DNA from: Lytechinus pictus
Taxonomy: Eukaryota
Reading direction: 5' to 3'
Length of the DNA: 64,000 nt
Assembly (NCBI RefSeq): GCF_037042905.1
Contig: NC_087251.1
Span: 32,986,001-33,050,000 of the forward strand
The notes under the pieces were generated by a model. That model made no database searches, was not told the DNA's origin, and saw only the letters and a list, made by a program, of their open reading frames with translations. Below are positions 54,301-62,116 of this stretch, in pieces. The position numbers were made by a program, and so were the translations under genes. Each line of letters opens with the position of its first letter. The first letter of the stretch is position 1.

Positions 54301-57300
54301 TTTAATTAAAAAATCGTACTAAATACTGGAAAATCGTACTGGTTGGCAGGTCTGTTGATTGCATTGTATATTTCCATGAACTGTTTAAATCATTCACCAC
54401 TAATACTTCAAAGTTGACAATCCATGTTTTACATTGACCATGCACAATACCTTGCTTGGAAAGTCCCCTTCCCCCTTTTCAACCATGCTAGTCTGCTACC
54501 ACAGACTCCAATTTGACACTTTGGCAAATTATACCATGTCTAGTTAGGAGACAAGATTCAAAGCCCTGTCTATGTATGAGCAGTCACAGTACCCAAGTAG
54601 GAAATCTAGTCTCCTATTTCAGCCTCTGCATTTAGGACTGTATGGAAACCAAGGGTCTGTGCTAGCAGACTACCATCATGTACATGTTAATTATCTCACC
54701 TGTGTGGCTAATGTAGACATAGCATTGAGGAGCAACCACCCACGTCCATGCATCAGAAAGTCCATCAGGTCAGCCTGTGGAAGCTCTGGTGAAACCTGAC
54801 TAGAGATGGCGCTGTCTAGGGTTCTATGGAAATCAGTCATTGATGACGCCGGTGCAGCTGCTGGTGGCTGGGTTGAGATGTCCTTCACAGAGGTCATGAA
54901 TTCAAGGGCGAGTATGTTGAAGGTGCTGTGTACGTCATTGCTGTCAAATAATCAAAGATTACATAATAGTGCCAAGAATGGTTGGTGTAAACATGTCATG
55001 TTGATAAATTTAGCCACACATGCAAGAAAACTTTGACCAGACTACATCAATGAGAGGACTGTTGACAACTCATTCACAAATCATAGGTTATTATAATCCT
55101 TACGAGAAAAGGGGATCCAAAAACAGAAAATAGAATGAAAAAGGTTGAAAGCCTAAGCTGTAAAATAAAGTTAGATCACATCCATGCAGTTCATGAATAT
55201 TGAATAAATATTAGATGAAACATAATATTCCTTTCATGTACATGTAAGTCTGGAATAAAGTTCTTTAGTCGAGACTGAATGAACTTCATTGAAAATATAT
55301 ATCGAGTTAATATAATTAATTTTCTATTACTTTCCAACAGAGACTGTTAAATTCATGGGCTTTCCCTTACTTTTTGCCTCTGAAAAATAACTGGAAGAAA
55401 AGGAAAGAAATTATTGACTCTTTATGAGCCCCGCAGATAATAATACCTAACAGAAACAAATCTCATTTTGATTTCAATGAAAACAGTAAAATGAGAGTAA
55501 AATAATATTCATTGATGTCTGGTAAAAATCCTTTTAAAACTAATTAGCTTTTAAAGGCTATCCTTAGCTTTGGCCAATCCCCCCTCCCATACTGTATGTC
55601 TATCATTATGCCAATTCATTTAGACAAGACCAATATGGGGAGAACTTGAGTTCAAGGAGCATTTTGGGGTAAAAGTTGGAAACCGATCTATTTCACCTAA
55701 TTTGAATGTGCTGAATCTGATAAGACCGGTTCCCAAGCCAATTTTTCATGTTTTGACCACCTAATTTGCATAAACAAAATGGCTGCCAAATTGACAATTT
55801 ATAATCTTATTTCTACAATATTCTTTTATAATATTCGCTTTCACCGATATGGATAGTGCAAAATCCTGCATACTTAACATGTACCATTTGCGAAAATTTG
55901 TTATTTCTGTTTGCGGCTAATTAATTATGCAAATTTATGCATATTTTGCAATATTATGCTATTAATTGATAATTACACCTAACATGTTTATTATTTTGGG
56001 TACAAACAGCATTTGTATCATTATGATAATTGTTTGGCCCTTAAATATAATACTCAAGTCAATTTTGATATGTATTTTATTGTTCTTTGATATTTCTTTT
56101 GTGTTCTTGTATTTTCTGCCATTTGCTTTGTATATGTTTGATATGAGATCTTAAAAAAACTAATATCAATGGCAGACAAATATTAAGCTTCAATGATTGA
56201 ATCATTTGATAAACTTCTTTTGCCACAACTGTTAATTGTACTCAGGAACAAATACACACACATGCTCCCACACCCACACCTGTATATAGAAAGTAATATA
56301 CTTGCAAGGTATATGTAGTAGACATGCCCAATATAAAAACATTGATGCTGATCCTATAATCATGATAATTACCACATTCAATGAACCCGTAAGAAAAGAA
56401 GAGTTTAGAAGTTGGAAAACCTGTAATCATGCTGAACTTAAATTTCTTGAAATAGATATATTAAAATGTTTTATAACAGATCAAATAATCAATCAAACGT
56501 ATGATTTACGCAGTGTAGTTTATCAATCGGATATAAGTATCAGTACATTGTTATTATCCTTGTGGCAAAATTATATCTTTGATTCAGCTCCATCAGAACT
56601 GCAATGATGGCAGTTAACCAAAGAACAATTTGTAATAAATGCAAAGGGTCTGTATTACTGGATCACTTACTAGTTTTTTTGGTCATTACCGATTTATTTA
56701 TTTATTTGGCAATGGTACATTTTCCCCAAGTCAACCATCAAAGTGATAACTGAAAACCACAGCTTTTATCCAATCCTTGCCTTGGAAGATTCTTTGACAA
56801 ACGATACTGAATACAGAAGAGGAATTGATAAAAACATGGGGCTAAACACAGATTAGCTCCATGGTTATAACATGGGCAAAACAAGGTTTCCAGCCCAGCC
56901 ACTGCCCAATGCAGAACAAATTTTCACAGTGTGTCCTAAGGTTAAAAAGTGCTAGAGATGCATGTTGAAGGTAAACCAGCATGGAGACAGTTGCAGAAGT
57001 CCAGTGGCAGTCTAGAGGTTATACAGTCATGGATGATATTTTCTGCACCACCTCATGTAAGACAATGTCTGATCTCAGCAATTCTGTGGAGCAGGTAATA
57101 TGCAGATTGGCAGACATGTGATGTGTGTTTCTTCATGCTCATTGTTCTATCAAAGACTATGCCAAGAGATCTAGCCTTGCATACTGGAGATATATAGCTT
57201 CCTCACCTATTAAGACTGGAGTTGTAGTCATAATAATTACGCATATATGGAGATGACAGAACAAGATACTTCGCTTTTTATTGTTAAGCTCCAGGAAGTT

Positions 57301-60300
57301 GACCTTCATCCAACATCGAATCCTCAATGGCAGCACCAACAACAGCAGCTGCACGAACCTCTGTATATTTACCTTTTGGATCAAAAGTGAGGTATACAGC
57401 TGGATGTCATCTGCATAAAAGTGTATACCAAGACCATGTTGCCACATTACAGAGCCAAGAAGAGTGATGTACAGTTTGAATAACAAGGTACAAGGACAGA
57501 CTCCCAAGGAACTCCATATCAAAGGGTAGTCACAGGAGACTGCATGACAGTGATGAATACAGCTTCATACAGCTCTGTTGGCAAGGTAAGAGGAAACCTG
57601 CCATTGGAGTGCATAATCATCAATTCCAAAACAGACTGTCAGTCTCCTAAGAAGAATGACATGTTCACTGGTATCAAAACCGGTTGACAAGTCAAACATA
57701 ACTTAGGCAGCTGCTTTCCTCATAGAAAGAGAAATCCTGGCTCCACAATCGAAGAAATTCTCGACTTAGACTTTGATGGTGATATCTCAGACTTGCATGC
57801 AGCCTATCAGAGCTGGGTAAGCTATTGGATGCTGTTGGGTTTAATACCGATCAAAATAAGTGGATTAATAATCACCTACAGGAACGCCAAACATGCCAGG
57901 AACCCACCATCCTCTGAAAGATATCTTCGTTATCAATTTGAAATAGTCTATCTTATGAAGATATGAAGATGTGTGAATATTAGAAGTTCGATAAATGGCC
58001 TAGAAGACATTACACAATTCACTGCGGTATTGAAAAGGTGCACTCCGAGCATTTTAACACCTGAAACAAGATCTGGTTAGACAGCAGATTCTCTCTTAAG
58101 ACAAAAGTTTAGGTTTTCTCTATGGATCTGTGACATGAGAATCGGACATATCTCAAGAACACAAACACGATGACTTCGATACGAACTGCCTCCGCAAAAT
58201 ACTTGTACTAAATTGGTTTGATTTCAACAATTATAATATGAGGCTGCCCTATCAATCAAGCCATCCAATGGAACACCAAATCGATGATAACTGACATTGA
58301 TAATTCAACACCCCGAAGGTAAAGGTGTATATCAAGCTGGGGGAAGCTGGATGCCTGTAAGTTGGATGAAGCGGCAATCATTGATAGGACAGGTGCAGTA
58401 CTGCATTGGAAAAGATATATTATGGAGATGCACATGTAATCCGTTAATGAAGTCCAATGATTTTAAAAAAAAATATTAAAAGGATATGCAGTGACTTATT
58501 CGTTGTGGAACTTAAGAACATCACAGTCTGGCTTTTAAAACACGGAAAATGGTCTAATTGATAGGCAAAATGAGAAATTAGATGGATTATATGTGGGTTA
58601 AGTTCTGAGAATTTTTGTTCAATATTGGGACAATTTGACGAGCGTAATGGAGTAAAACACAGGACATCTCATTTTCAGCAGACGGTTTTCACTTCATTTT
58701 GCTGAAGAAAAACACACTAAATATATATACATGGATGTGTGATCAGATTCTGCTGGTCGGGAACATAACTACTCCAAAGGATATTAAATGCAACTGATTG
58801 ACTATTAGGAGTTGAGAATTACAGTACTGTTATGATTCAAATTTAATAATTCATCATCTAAAATTGTAAATATGAATGAATTGATTGATATCATAATTCA
58901 AGATACCATTTTATAATAAAAATATAAGCAATTAATAGTGACATTCGCTTGAATACAGATAGGTTCATGATATTCGTCGGATCTCCACCAGTGTGCTTTT
59001 AAATGGGAAGGCCCTCCGTGCAGGAGTTTACCTTTGTATGCAGATGTGGGTGTGGGAGTGCGTGCATCTGTAAATGCCCATGGATATATGCGAATAAAAA
59101 AGTGATTACATAATTAAATCATTGAAGCTAATTATTTTCTGCTATTGATAATCAATAATTTGACAGATCCCATAACAAAACATGTACAAAACAAAAGGTA
59201 CAAAATACAAAGAAATTCAAAAACAATAAAATACATTATTATTCACTGTGATATTATATTCTAAGGGCCGTACAATTATTTATAATGATGTAAATGCTAT
59301 TTGTACCAAAAATATAAACATTTGAGCTGAAATTATCAAATTATAGCATAATGATCCAAAATATGCATAAATTTGCATAATTAATTAGCCGCAAACAAAA
59401 ATAACAAGTTTTCCCGAAAGGTACACGTATGTATGCAGGATTTTGCAGTATTCATGTCTGTGAAAGCGAATATACATGTAATTAAAGAACATTGTCGAAA
59501 TAATATTCTGAATTGTCAATTTGGCAGCCATTTTGTTTATGCAAATTAGGATATAAACTTCATCTGTAGAGCTCTGATATCCAATCACCAGAGTTGTAAG
59601 ATAAGAGCTAAAAGAAAAGAAACCCCTTTTCAAGAAAATATATAGCACAGAGAAGGCACTAGATATCTAAGATTTGAATACTTGACATTTTCACAGAGAA
59701 ATGGCAGTTGACAAAAATTGAATAGGTACTACACTTTTTGCAAGATTGGCAGGATAGATACATTTGTATTATAATTCACATTACTGACCCTTTACCAAAG
59801 ATTCATCTGAGTTTTTAATAAAGGGATGCTCCGGGGCTGAAGATATTCATATCTAGATAAATAGAGTAAAATTCACAGAGCAAAATGCTGAAAATTTCTT
59901 CAAAATCGGATAACAAATAACAAAGTTATTGAATTTTAAAGATTTGCATCATTCCGGTGAAATAGTTCTTGGCATGGCTTCATGAATATTCATTAGGTGG
60001 GCTGATGATGTCACATCACCACTTTCCTTTTTCTTATGTTATTACATGAAATCATAACTGTTCTATTTTGTTCATAAATGTGTAAATACTGTGTCTCCAT
60101 TATTATGAAATAAGTTGCAGCAAGAAATTACTAATGCAATAATCAGTTGTAAAACCAACTGGAATAGTTCTTGTAGAAAACTTTGAATAAACCTAATTTC
60201 ATATAATAAAATACAAAAGAAGTGGGGATATGACATCAGCCCACCTAATAAATATTCATGAAAACATGCCCAGAACTGTTTCACCAGAATAATTCATATC

Positions 60301-61492
60301 TTTGAAATTCAATAACTTTGTTATTTGTTATCTGAATTTGATCAAATTTTTTGCAGTTTGCTCTGTGAATTTTACTCTATTTCAAATTATTGAGATATAA
60401 ATATCTTCAGCCCGGAGCATCCCTTTAAAGGTAAAGTCCACCCTAGGAAAATGCTGACTCGAATAAATAGAGAAAAATCAAACTAGCATAGTGCTGAAAA
60501 TTTCATCACAATTGGATGTAAAATAAGAAAGTTACGACATTTTAAAGTTTCGCTTATTTTTCACAAAACAGTGATATGCACAACTAGGTGAGTCAGTCGA
60601 TGATGTCCATCACTCACTATTTCTTTTGTTTTTTATTGTTTGAATTATACAATATTTCATTTTTTATAGATTTGACAATAAGGACCAACTTGACTGAACC
60701 ATCTAGTATTAAACAATGCTAATTCCACATGTTCAGGGAGGAATTAATCGTTGTGTCACCTGACAATGAGGAGAAAATTAGAATATTTAATATTTCATGT
60801 AATAAAATACAAAAGAAATAGTGAGTGGGTGACGTCATAGTCTCCTCATTTGCATACCAGCCAGGATGTGCATATAACTGTTTTGTGAAATTAAGCGAAA
60901 TTTTAGAATGTCATAACTTTCTTATTTTACATCCGATTTTAATGACATTTTCAGTATTATGCTTGTTGGATTTTTCTCTTTTTATTCAAATCAACTTTTT
61001 TTTGGGGTGGACTTGTCCTTTAAGTTTGAATATAATTGACGCCATGAATGTGAACAGTGTAAATTCATGAATTGCTATTTTAATGGTTCAAAAGATCAAA
61101 AATATTGTAAAGTATGCATGCATAATATTTATCTATTACACATTGAATACGCAGGTAAAATAATAATTTTCTGAGAAAATGACATTTTATAAAATTTATA
61201 TTATAAGTATATTCTCAAATATTGGGGGCTGCTTGTGAAGTCACAAAATGAATTCAAAAAATCAAAATCCAATTACAGATATCTTGTAATAGACTTTAAA
61301 AAACATAATGAATATTCATCACTCATTTTTTCTACTATTAGCAAAATAAATTTGTAATTTGCACAATTTTCCCTTTTGATTATAAGAGAGCGTAACTCAC
61401 CAGAAGTTGTAAAGATCCTCTGTATCAATAGAAGAATTCATAGACATAGAGTAAAGAAGTTCCAGGAAGTAACCTAGGTACTGAGACTTCTT
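239..61492 (-). CDS. LYST: Lysosomal trafficking regulator (LYST/CHS1/beige) orthologue, multi-exon, 3'-truncated by the window (BEACH/WD40 region lies below position 1)
   Basis: 30 GT-AG exons join in frame (8415 nt). Motifs recalled from vertebrate LYST occur in the expected order: HGRGWLLL, CDYSHYMHHH, GICCCIP, EGGYEADSE, GGISVFVYLFAKV, LLAVHPAVNTFVCH, GFHQLANQL, EMARRFQRLCLLAVN. Confidence 0.95.
568..850. repeat. Degenerate (CAT/CAC)n trinucleotide low-complexity tract
   Basis: Directly visible; produces spurious Ile/Thr/Met-rich ORFs. Confidence 0.9.
859..1035 (-). CDS. LYST: LYST exon (RRYSSNLE...PATEQEMARRFQRLCLLAVNLVVNS)
   Basis: Donor gtaaga; acceptor ctattgaag chosen for phase 1; resembles SELAQRLQRLTVLAVN. 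Confidence 0.85.
2044..2190 (-). CDS. LYST: LYST exon (GIHSSSRGQPDTNDTFWDYTKRPR...SSAAA)
   Basis: tccaacag / gtacta; 147 nt, phase 1 to 1; read in a different frame from the ORF-track entry. Confidence 0.65.
3962..4125. mobile_element. Short MITE, family cagggctcc(a/g)taacacaaag; related copies 23438-23574, 23577-23712, 24357-24479
   Basis: ~29-bp terminal inverted repeat cagggctccataacacaaaggtttgcaat / attgcaaacctttgtgttacggagccctg. Confidence 0.85.
4356..4409 (-). CDS. LYST: Tentative LYST small exon (NARETSMVQIDGFMFTD)
   Basis: Long pyrimidine tract then catacag / gtttga; 54 nt, phase 1 to 1; 76-nt intron to the previous exon. Confidence 0.4.
4486..4551 (-). CDS. LYST: LYST exon (RQYEAYRWKERMKSIGDSPEA)
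   Basis: ttttatcag / gtcatt (weak donor); 66 nt, phase 1 to 1. Confidence 0.6.
5227..5468 (-). CDS. LYST: LYST exon (LSGDQYLQHLEDML...SISYS)
   Basis: cgtccag / gtattt; 242 nt, phase 2 to 1. Confidence 0.88.
6038..6231 (-). CDS. LYST: LYST exon (LFEGGPQLVPALLENGLL...)
   Basis: atatgcag / gtaagt; 194 nt, phase 0 to 2. Confidence 0.9.
6562..6731. mobile_element. Short TAG..CTA-ended repeat; copies 37416-37594 and 54488-54672
   Basis: ctagt(c/t)tgc...cagggtctgtgcctgcagactag shared among copies. Confidence 0.7.
6897..7026 (-). CDS. LYST: LYST exon (LDLALIQD...LCHNILCAILH)
   Basis: cgtaacag / gtgagt; 130 nt, phase 2 to 0. Confidence 0.9.
7490..7659 (-). CDS. LYST: LYST exon (LLDVYFHRA...GFHQLANQL...)
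   Basis: tttgttcag / gtaagc; 170 nt, phase 0 to 2. Confidence 0.93.
8270..8695. mobile_element. Double-inverted-repeat element, copy 1 (unclassified)
   Basis: Hairpin 8270-8414, 2-nt spacer, then ttatatgacacct..aggtgtcatataa; near-identical to 20871-21345. Confidence 0.85.
8825..9138 (-). CDS. LYST: LYST exon (DDMATSP...LKPETLIVIAHH...SVVK)
   Basis: ccctttctcag / gttagc; 314 nt, phase 1 to 0. Confidence 0.88.
9514..9776. mobile_element. Degenerate MITE ending 10 nt from a LYST donor site
   Basis: Inverted segments gatccaatcaa..aactatggaaagcca / tggcttcccatagtt..ttgatctgatc; gggcc-type termini. Confidence 0.55.
9787..10368 (-). CDS. LYST: LYST exon, acidic and Ser-rich low-complexity linker
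   Basis: aattacag / gtaagc; 582 nt, phase 1 to 1; overlaps the 203-aa ORF. Confidence 0.85.
10923..11048 (-). CDS. LYST: LYST exon (KWYKSRSSTPSE...EEMLKR)
   Basis: ttcttcag / gtaagg; 126 nt, phase 1 to 1. Confidence 0.8.
11159..11330. repeat. (GAT)n microsatellite, intronic
   Basis: Directly visible; source of the poly-D/H/M/I ORFs. Confidence 0.95.
11455..11653 (-). CDS. LYST: LYST exon (ERHSEDLP...LLAVHPAVNTFVCHAPSSFFF)
   Basis: tttctag / gtagtg; 199 nt, phase 0 to 1; strong LYST motif. Confidence 0.93.
12155..12436 (-). CDS. LYST: LYST exon (VLFDACC...LLNWRVW...FTICR)
   Basis: acaacag / gtaagc; 282 nt, phase 0. Confidence 0.92.
12551..12713. mobile_element. Short MITE, family gggccccattgcataa(g/a)agttact; copies 12825-12985 and 43321-43471; related 3495-3623 and 22505-22652
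   Basis: ~35-bp terminal inverted repeats; internal CCAAT/ATTGG. Confidence 0.8.
13459..13632 (-). CDS. LYST: LYST exon (VVETSNDGHQQARALQ...GPEMLK)
   Basis: gttcaag / gtagga; 174 nt, phase 0. Confidence 0.9.
13848..14075 (-). mobile_element. L2/CR1-clade LINE 3' fragment
   Basis: Minus-strand SFLMSAPRLWNKLPLNIRN motif typical of the ORF2 C-terminus, followed by a (TAT)n-like tail. Confidence 0.6.
14391..14633 (-). CDS. LYST: LYST exon (ESLVATYS...GGISVFVYLFAK)
   Basis: cttccag / gtacgt; 243 nt, phase 0. Confidence 0.9.
14821..15060. repeat. 119-bp direct tandem duplication (2 copies)
   Basis: 14821-14939 vs 14940-15058, only a few substitutions. Confidence 0.95.
15175..15371 (-). CDS. LYST: LYST exon (ASALQKEAAAFHLFSMGPDLYTLSQCE...EKFLR)
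   Basis: gttatag / gtgagc; 197 nt, phase 1 to 0; resembles EAFYLYACGPN. Confidence 0.88.
15563..16148. mobile_element. Kolobok-type palindromic MITE, family K1
   Basis: TTAA|AGGACAAGTCCACCCC...GGGGTGGACTTGACCT|TTAA; long imperfect inverted arms. Confidence 0.85.
16284..16476 (-). CDS. LYST: LYST exon (ISVIVNG...FCLIGH...WSLGHMHIFN)
   Basis: tgtatcag / gttggt; 193 nt, phase 0 to 1. Confidence 0.88.
17077..17218 (-). CDS. LYST: LYST exon (IGQASS...GQWEHLVVTYHE...)
   Basis: taactag / gtgagg; 142 nt, phase 2 to 0. Confidence 0.88.
17877..18021 (-). CDS. LYST: LYST exon (...LHLVTLGTRDITFEVWLETKTMKLVFR), ConA-like region
   Basis: tttaaacag / gtaaat; 145 nt, phase 1 to 2; resembles HLISLGSKALMIQVW..LIFR. 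Confidence 0.88.
18704..19055 (-). CDS. LYST: LYST exon (SCLLSSLLTIA...GVGVAMWLKV...)
   Basis: tttttcag / gtaaga; 352 nt, phase 0 to 1. Confidence 0.88.
19652..19761 (-). CDS. LYST: LYST exon (ERALLLELFSELVERSITSSQLRGYLSLFQSPSSPM)
   Basis: cttcatag / gtaagc; 110 nt, phase 1 to 0; needed to reconcile neighbouring phases; absent from the ORF track. Confidence 0.85.
20045..20246 (-). CDS. LYST: LYST exon (VCQLMLEVLS...QDTS)
   Basis: aatgtag / gtaagc; 202 nt, phase 0 to 1. Confidence 0.88.
20871..21345. mobile_element. Double-inverted-repeat element, copy 2
   Basis: Homologous to 8270-8695; hairpin centre intact (ttcaacgaggcttagccgagttgaa); internal duplication of atggatccaaaattgcacg. Confidence 0.85.
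21429..21493 (-). CDS. LYST: LYST exon (NKPDREDLIFAQSQQSLVYPE)
   Basis: aattacag / gttcgt; 65 nt, phase 1 to 0; gives YPE|VC, resembling LYST IYPEIC. Confidence 0.8.
22321..22499. mobile_element. pogo/Tigger-like MITE
   Basis: TA|CAGTCAAACCTGT...ACAGGTTCCACTG|TA; internal (g)gccacct repeats. Confidence 0.75.
22809..22962 (-). CDS. LYST: LYST exon (PKDDSVDG...EGGYEADSE...)
   Basis: cttacccag / gtaagg; 154 nt, phase 0 to 1; GYEADSE motif. Confidence 0.9.
23743..23910 (-). CDS. LYST: LYST exon (GEGMSLILRS...SLSRNS)
   Basis: tttaag / gtaagt; 168 nt, phase 0 to 0. Confidence 0.85.
24200..24356 (-). mobile_element. L2/CR1 LINE 3' ORF2 fragment, bounded by a MITE
   Basis: LHSSKTSSLDLSIPKTSRSWGDHTFASDAFHLCNSLP resembles the LRS...L.VP...G.RAF...P.LWNSLP motif. 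Confidence 0.6.
26159..26384. mobile_element. Tc1-like MITE; second copy 36863-37090
   Basis: CA(g/a)TTGTGCT..GTGAACCC / GGGTTCAC..GAGCACCACT(G/A) termini, TA flanks, shared interior. Confidence 0.8.
27409..30461 (-). CDS. LYST: LYST giant exon, 3053 nt
   Basis: Within the 1084-aa ORF; ttcttgcag / gtaagc; phase 1 to 0; contains CDYSHYMHHHH and GICCCIPP. Confidence 0.95.
32102..34885. mobile_element. 2.8-kb non-autonomous foldback DNA transposon, Academ-like
   Basis: CTT|TAGTCCA...TGGACTA|CTT (3-bp TSD); outer inverted repeats of ~300 bp; inner ~190-bp modules mirrored on the two arms; no ORF. Confidence 0.85.
36339..36847. mobile_element. Double-inverted-repeat element of a second family, GC-rich core
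   Basis: ttatatccctt(36339)..aagggatataa(36735), aa, caaatatacaatgac(36738)..gtcattgtatatttg(36847). Confidence 0.7.
37997..38154. mobile_element. Short palindromic MITE
   Basis: gcagtcacatttcc...ggaaatgtgactgc with inverted arms of ~55 bp. Confidence 0.75.
38420..38750. repeat. Degenerate ~180-bp tandem duplication
   Basis: ttcattcttctt..tggacatctatatcattatt..tctcaaaacc.ggagct.aaagttt.aattttctgaat present twice. Confidence 0.75.
40224..40812. mobile_element. Kolobok-type MITE, family K1 copy
   Basis: TTAA|AGGTCAAGTCCACCCC...GTGGACTTGTCCT|TTAA; homologous to 15563-16148. Confidence 0.88.
41552..42015. mobile_element. MITE with putative 3-bp TSD (CAT)
   Basis: CAT|GAGGCCGTTCTCATTACG..AAAACTAGTTTACTGGAAAC / GTTTCCAGTAAACTAGTTTT..AACAGCCTC|CAT; internal gaagatcgctt repeats. 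Confidence 0.75.
43140..43518. mobile_element. MITE (ttgctcc.gcgacaatt / aattgtcccggagc) containing a nested MITE at 43321-43471
   Basis: Inverted subterminal motifs; interior interrupted by a copy of the 12551 family. Confidence 0.6.
43976..44066 (-). CDS. LYST: LYST exon (ALSHHVEFIRLLIALLEETLKLPVKTRPIR)
   Basis: cattgcag / gtaagc; 91 nt, phase 0 to 1; resembles [23 protein letters not shown]. Confidence 0.88.
44096..44492. mobile_element. PIF/Harbinger-like MITE
   Basis: TTA|AGGC.GT.TGCA.CAGCCCGAGTTT...AAACTCGGGCTGGTGCATCACCGCCT|TTA; repeated internal aatctcgagatt palindromes. Confidence 0.8.
46455..46983. mobile_element. Tc1/mariner-like MITE
   Basis: TA|CAGTGCGTCCCATAAAAAAAGGAAACT...AGTTTCCTTTTTAGTGGGATGCACTG|TA. 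Confidence 0.82.
47258..48921. mobile_element. TA-flanked non-autonomous DNA transposon (Tc1/mariner/pogo type) with a nested TTAACCC-starting (piggyBac-like) fragment from ~47802
   Basis: TA|GGGGAGACCGGGGTTAGTTGGAACA...TGTTCCAACTAACCCCGGTCTCCCC|TA; internal gttccaacttacccc repeats. Confidence 0.85.
48924..50309. mobile_element. Tc1-like foldback MITE abutting the previous element
   Basis: CAGTGCGTAT..AAACGGGACAG / CTGTCCCGTTT..ATACGCACTG; long inverted arms (aggcttgcgccaaaatggca / tgccattttggcgcaagcct). Confidence 0.82.
51594..51738. mobile_element. Short piggyBac-like MITE
   Basis: taaccctttccacgcg...gcgcacaaagagttaa imperfect termini. Confidence 0.45.
51752..52330. mobile_element. MITE with G-run/C-run ends
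   Basis: gccacttccattgacgagtggataccatgcgcgaccaa / ttggtcgcgcatggtatccactcgtcaatgtaagtggc; internal ccc(t)taa(a)cacgta repeats. Confidence 0.88.
53086..54354. mobile_element. hAT-like (possibly hATx) non-autonomous element with a CpG-rich core
   Basis: 13-bp perfect TIR CAGACCTGCCAAC / GTTGGCAGGTCTG; flanks ATGATT / TTGATT (6 bp, 1 mismatch); subterminal aaaactgtat and aaaatcgta repeats. Confidence 0.75.
54700..54940 (-). CDS. LYST: LYST exon (NDVHSTFNILALEFMTSV...DFLMHGRGWLLLNAMSTLATQ)
   Basis: tttgacag / gtgaga; 241 nt; resembles the LYST N-terminus (LAREFL..., HGRGFLLL). Confidence 0.9.
55759..59550. mobile_element. Large degraded DNA transposon with ~500-bp inverted arms (true termini unresolved)
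   Basis: cctaatttgcataaacaaaatggctgccaaattgacaatt (55760) mirrored at ~59511-59550; arms align out to ~56280 and ~59047. Confidence 0.75.
56940..57720 (-). pseudogene. Degenerate L2/CR1-clade reverse transcriptase fragment
   Basis: FDLSTGFDT..HVILLRRL..FGI, LLFKLYITLLGSVMWQHGLGIHFYADDIQLY and ITSRL..DFCN motifs, with stops and frameshifts. Confidence 0.85.
59822..60424. mobile_element. Kolobok-type MITE, family K2
   Basis: ATAA|AGGGATGCTCCGGGGCTGAAGATAT...ATATCTTCAGCCCGGAGCATCCCT|TTAA. Confidence 0.85.
60429..61019. mobile_element. Kolobok-type MITE, family K1 copy
   Basis: TTAA|AGGTAAAGTCCACCC...GGGGTGGACTTGTCCT|TTAA; shares its left TTAA with the K2 element. Confidence 0.88.
61401..61492 (-). 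CDS. LYST: LYST most-5' visible exon (KKSQYLGYFLELLYSMSMNSSIDTEDLYNF); candidate start ATG at 61447-61445
   Basis: Pyrimidine-rich acceptor ..cattgcag, donor gtgagt, 92 nt, phase-2 end joins the next exon in frame; no recalled homology. Confidence 0.6.
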
Positions 61493-61744
61493 CTGCAATG
61501 AGAGGAAGAAGAAAAAAGAAGAAAAATTACCTTTAAAATTTACTAGTAAAGTAGTGAGGAAATCAGAGAGGATATGGAAATTAATTAGATATTCAGATAT
61601 TCTGAAAATATTTCTTATTTATTATAATGCACAAAATAAACAGAAATCTTCAATGGCATGAAAATCATACTTCGGCTGCTGGTACACAAACTACAATACA
61701 AATTACAATAATTTTAGAATCAAACACACTATGTGACCACCAAG

Positions 61745-62112
61745 AATTGAGACTTGTAATTAATAAAATATGACCAGGGAAGATAAATATACATAACCCA
61801 CCTTTGGACAACAATGAACACAACAATCTGGAGACACATGTATATGCATGTGATGGCGATGACCATTGAAAACAAGATATAGGGCCCAGCATGTACACTT
61901 TAAGGATGAAATAAACTGCATGACCATACAGTGGACTTGAACCTTGTTAACAATTAGTAAAATATACTGGGAGACCATTAAAAATTGAGTCTTGTAATAA
62001 ACGAAATATGACCAGGGAAGGTAAATATACATGATGACCCACCTTTTCACAACAATGCACACAACAACCTGGAGACATGTGTCCATGCACATGATATTAG
62101 CGTGTACACTTT
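61745..62112. repeat. Degenerate ~238-bp-period tandem duplication
   Basis: aattgag.cttgtaat..aaatatgaccagggaag.taaatatacat..acccaccttt..acaacaatg at 61745 and 61983. Confidence 0.8.
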
Positions 62113-62116
62113 ATAA

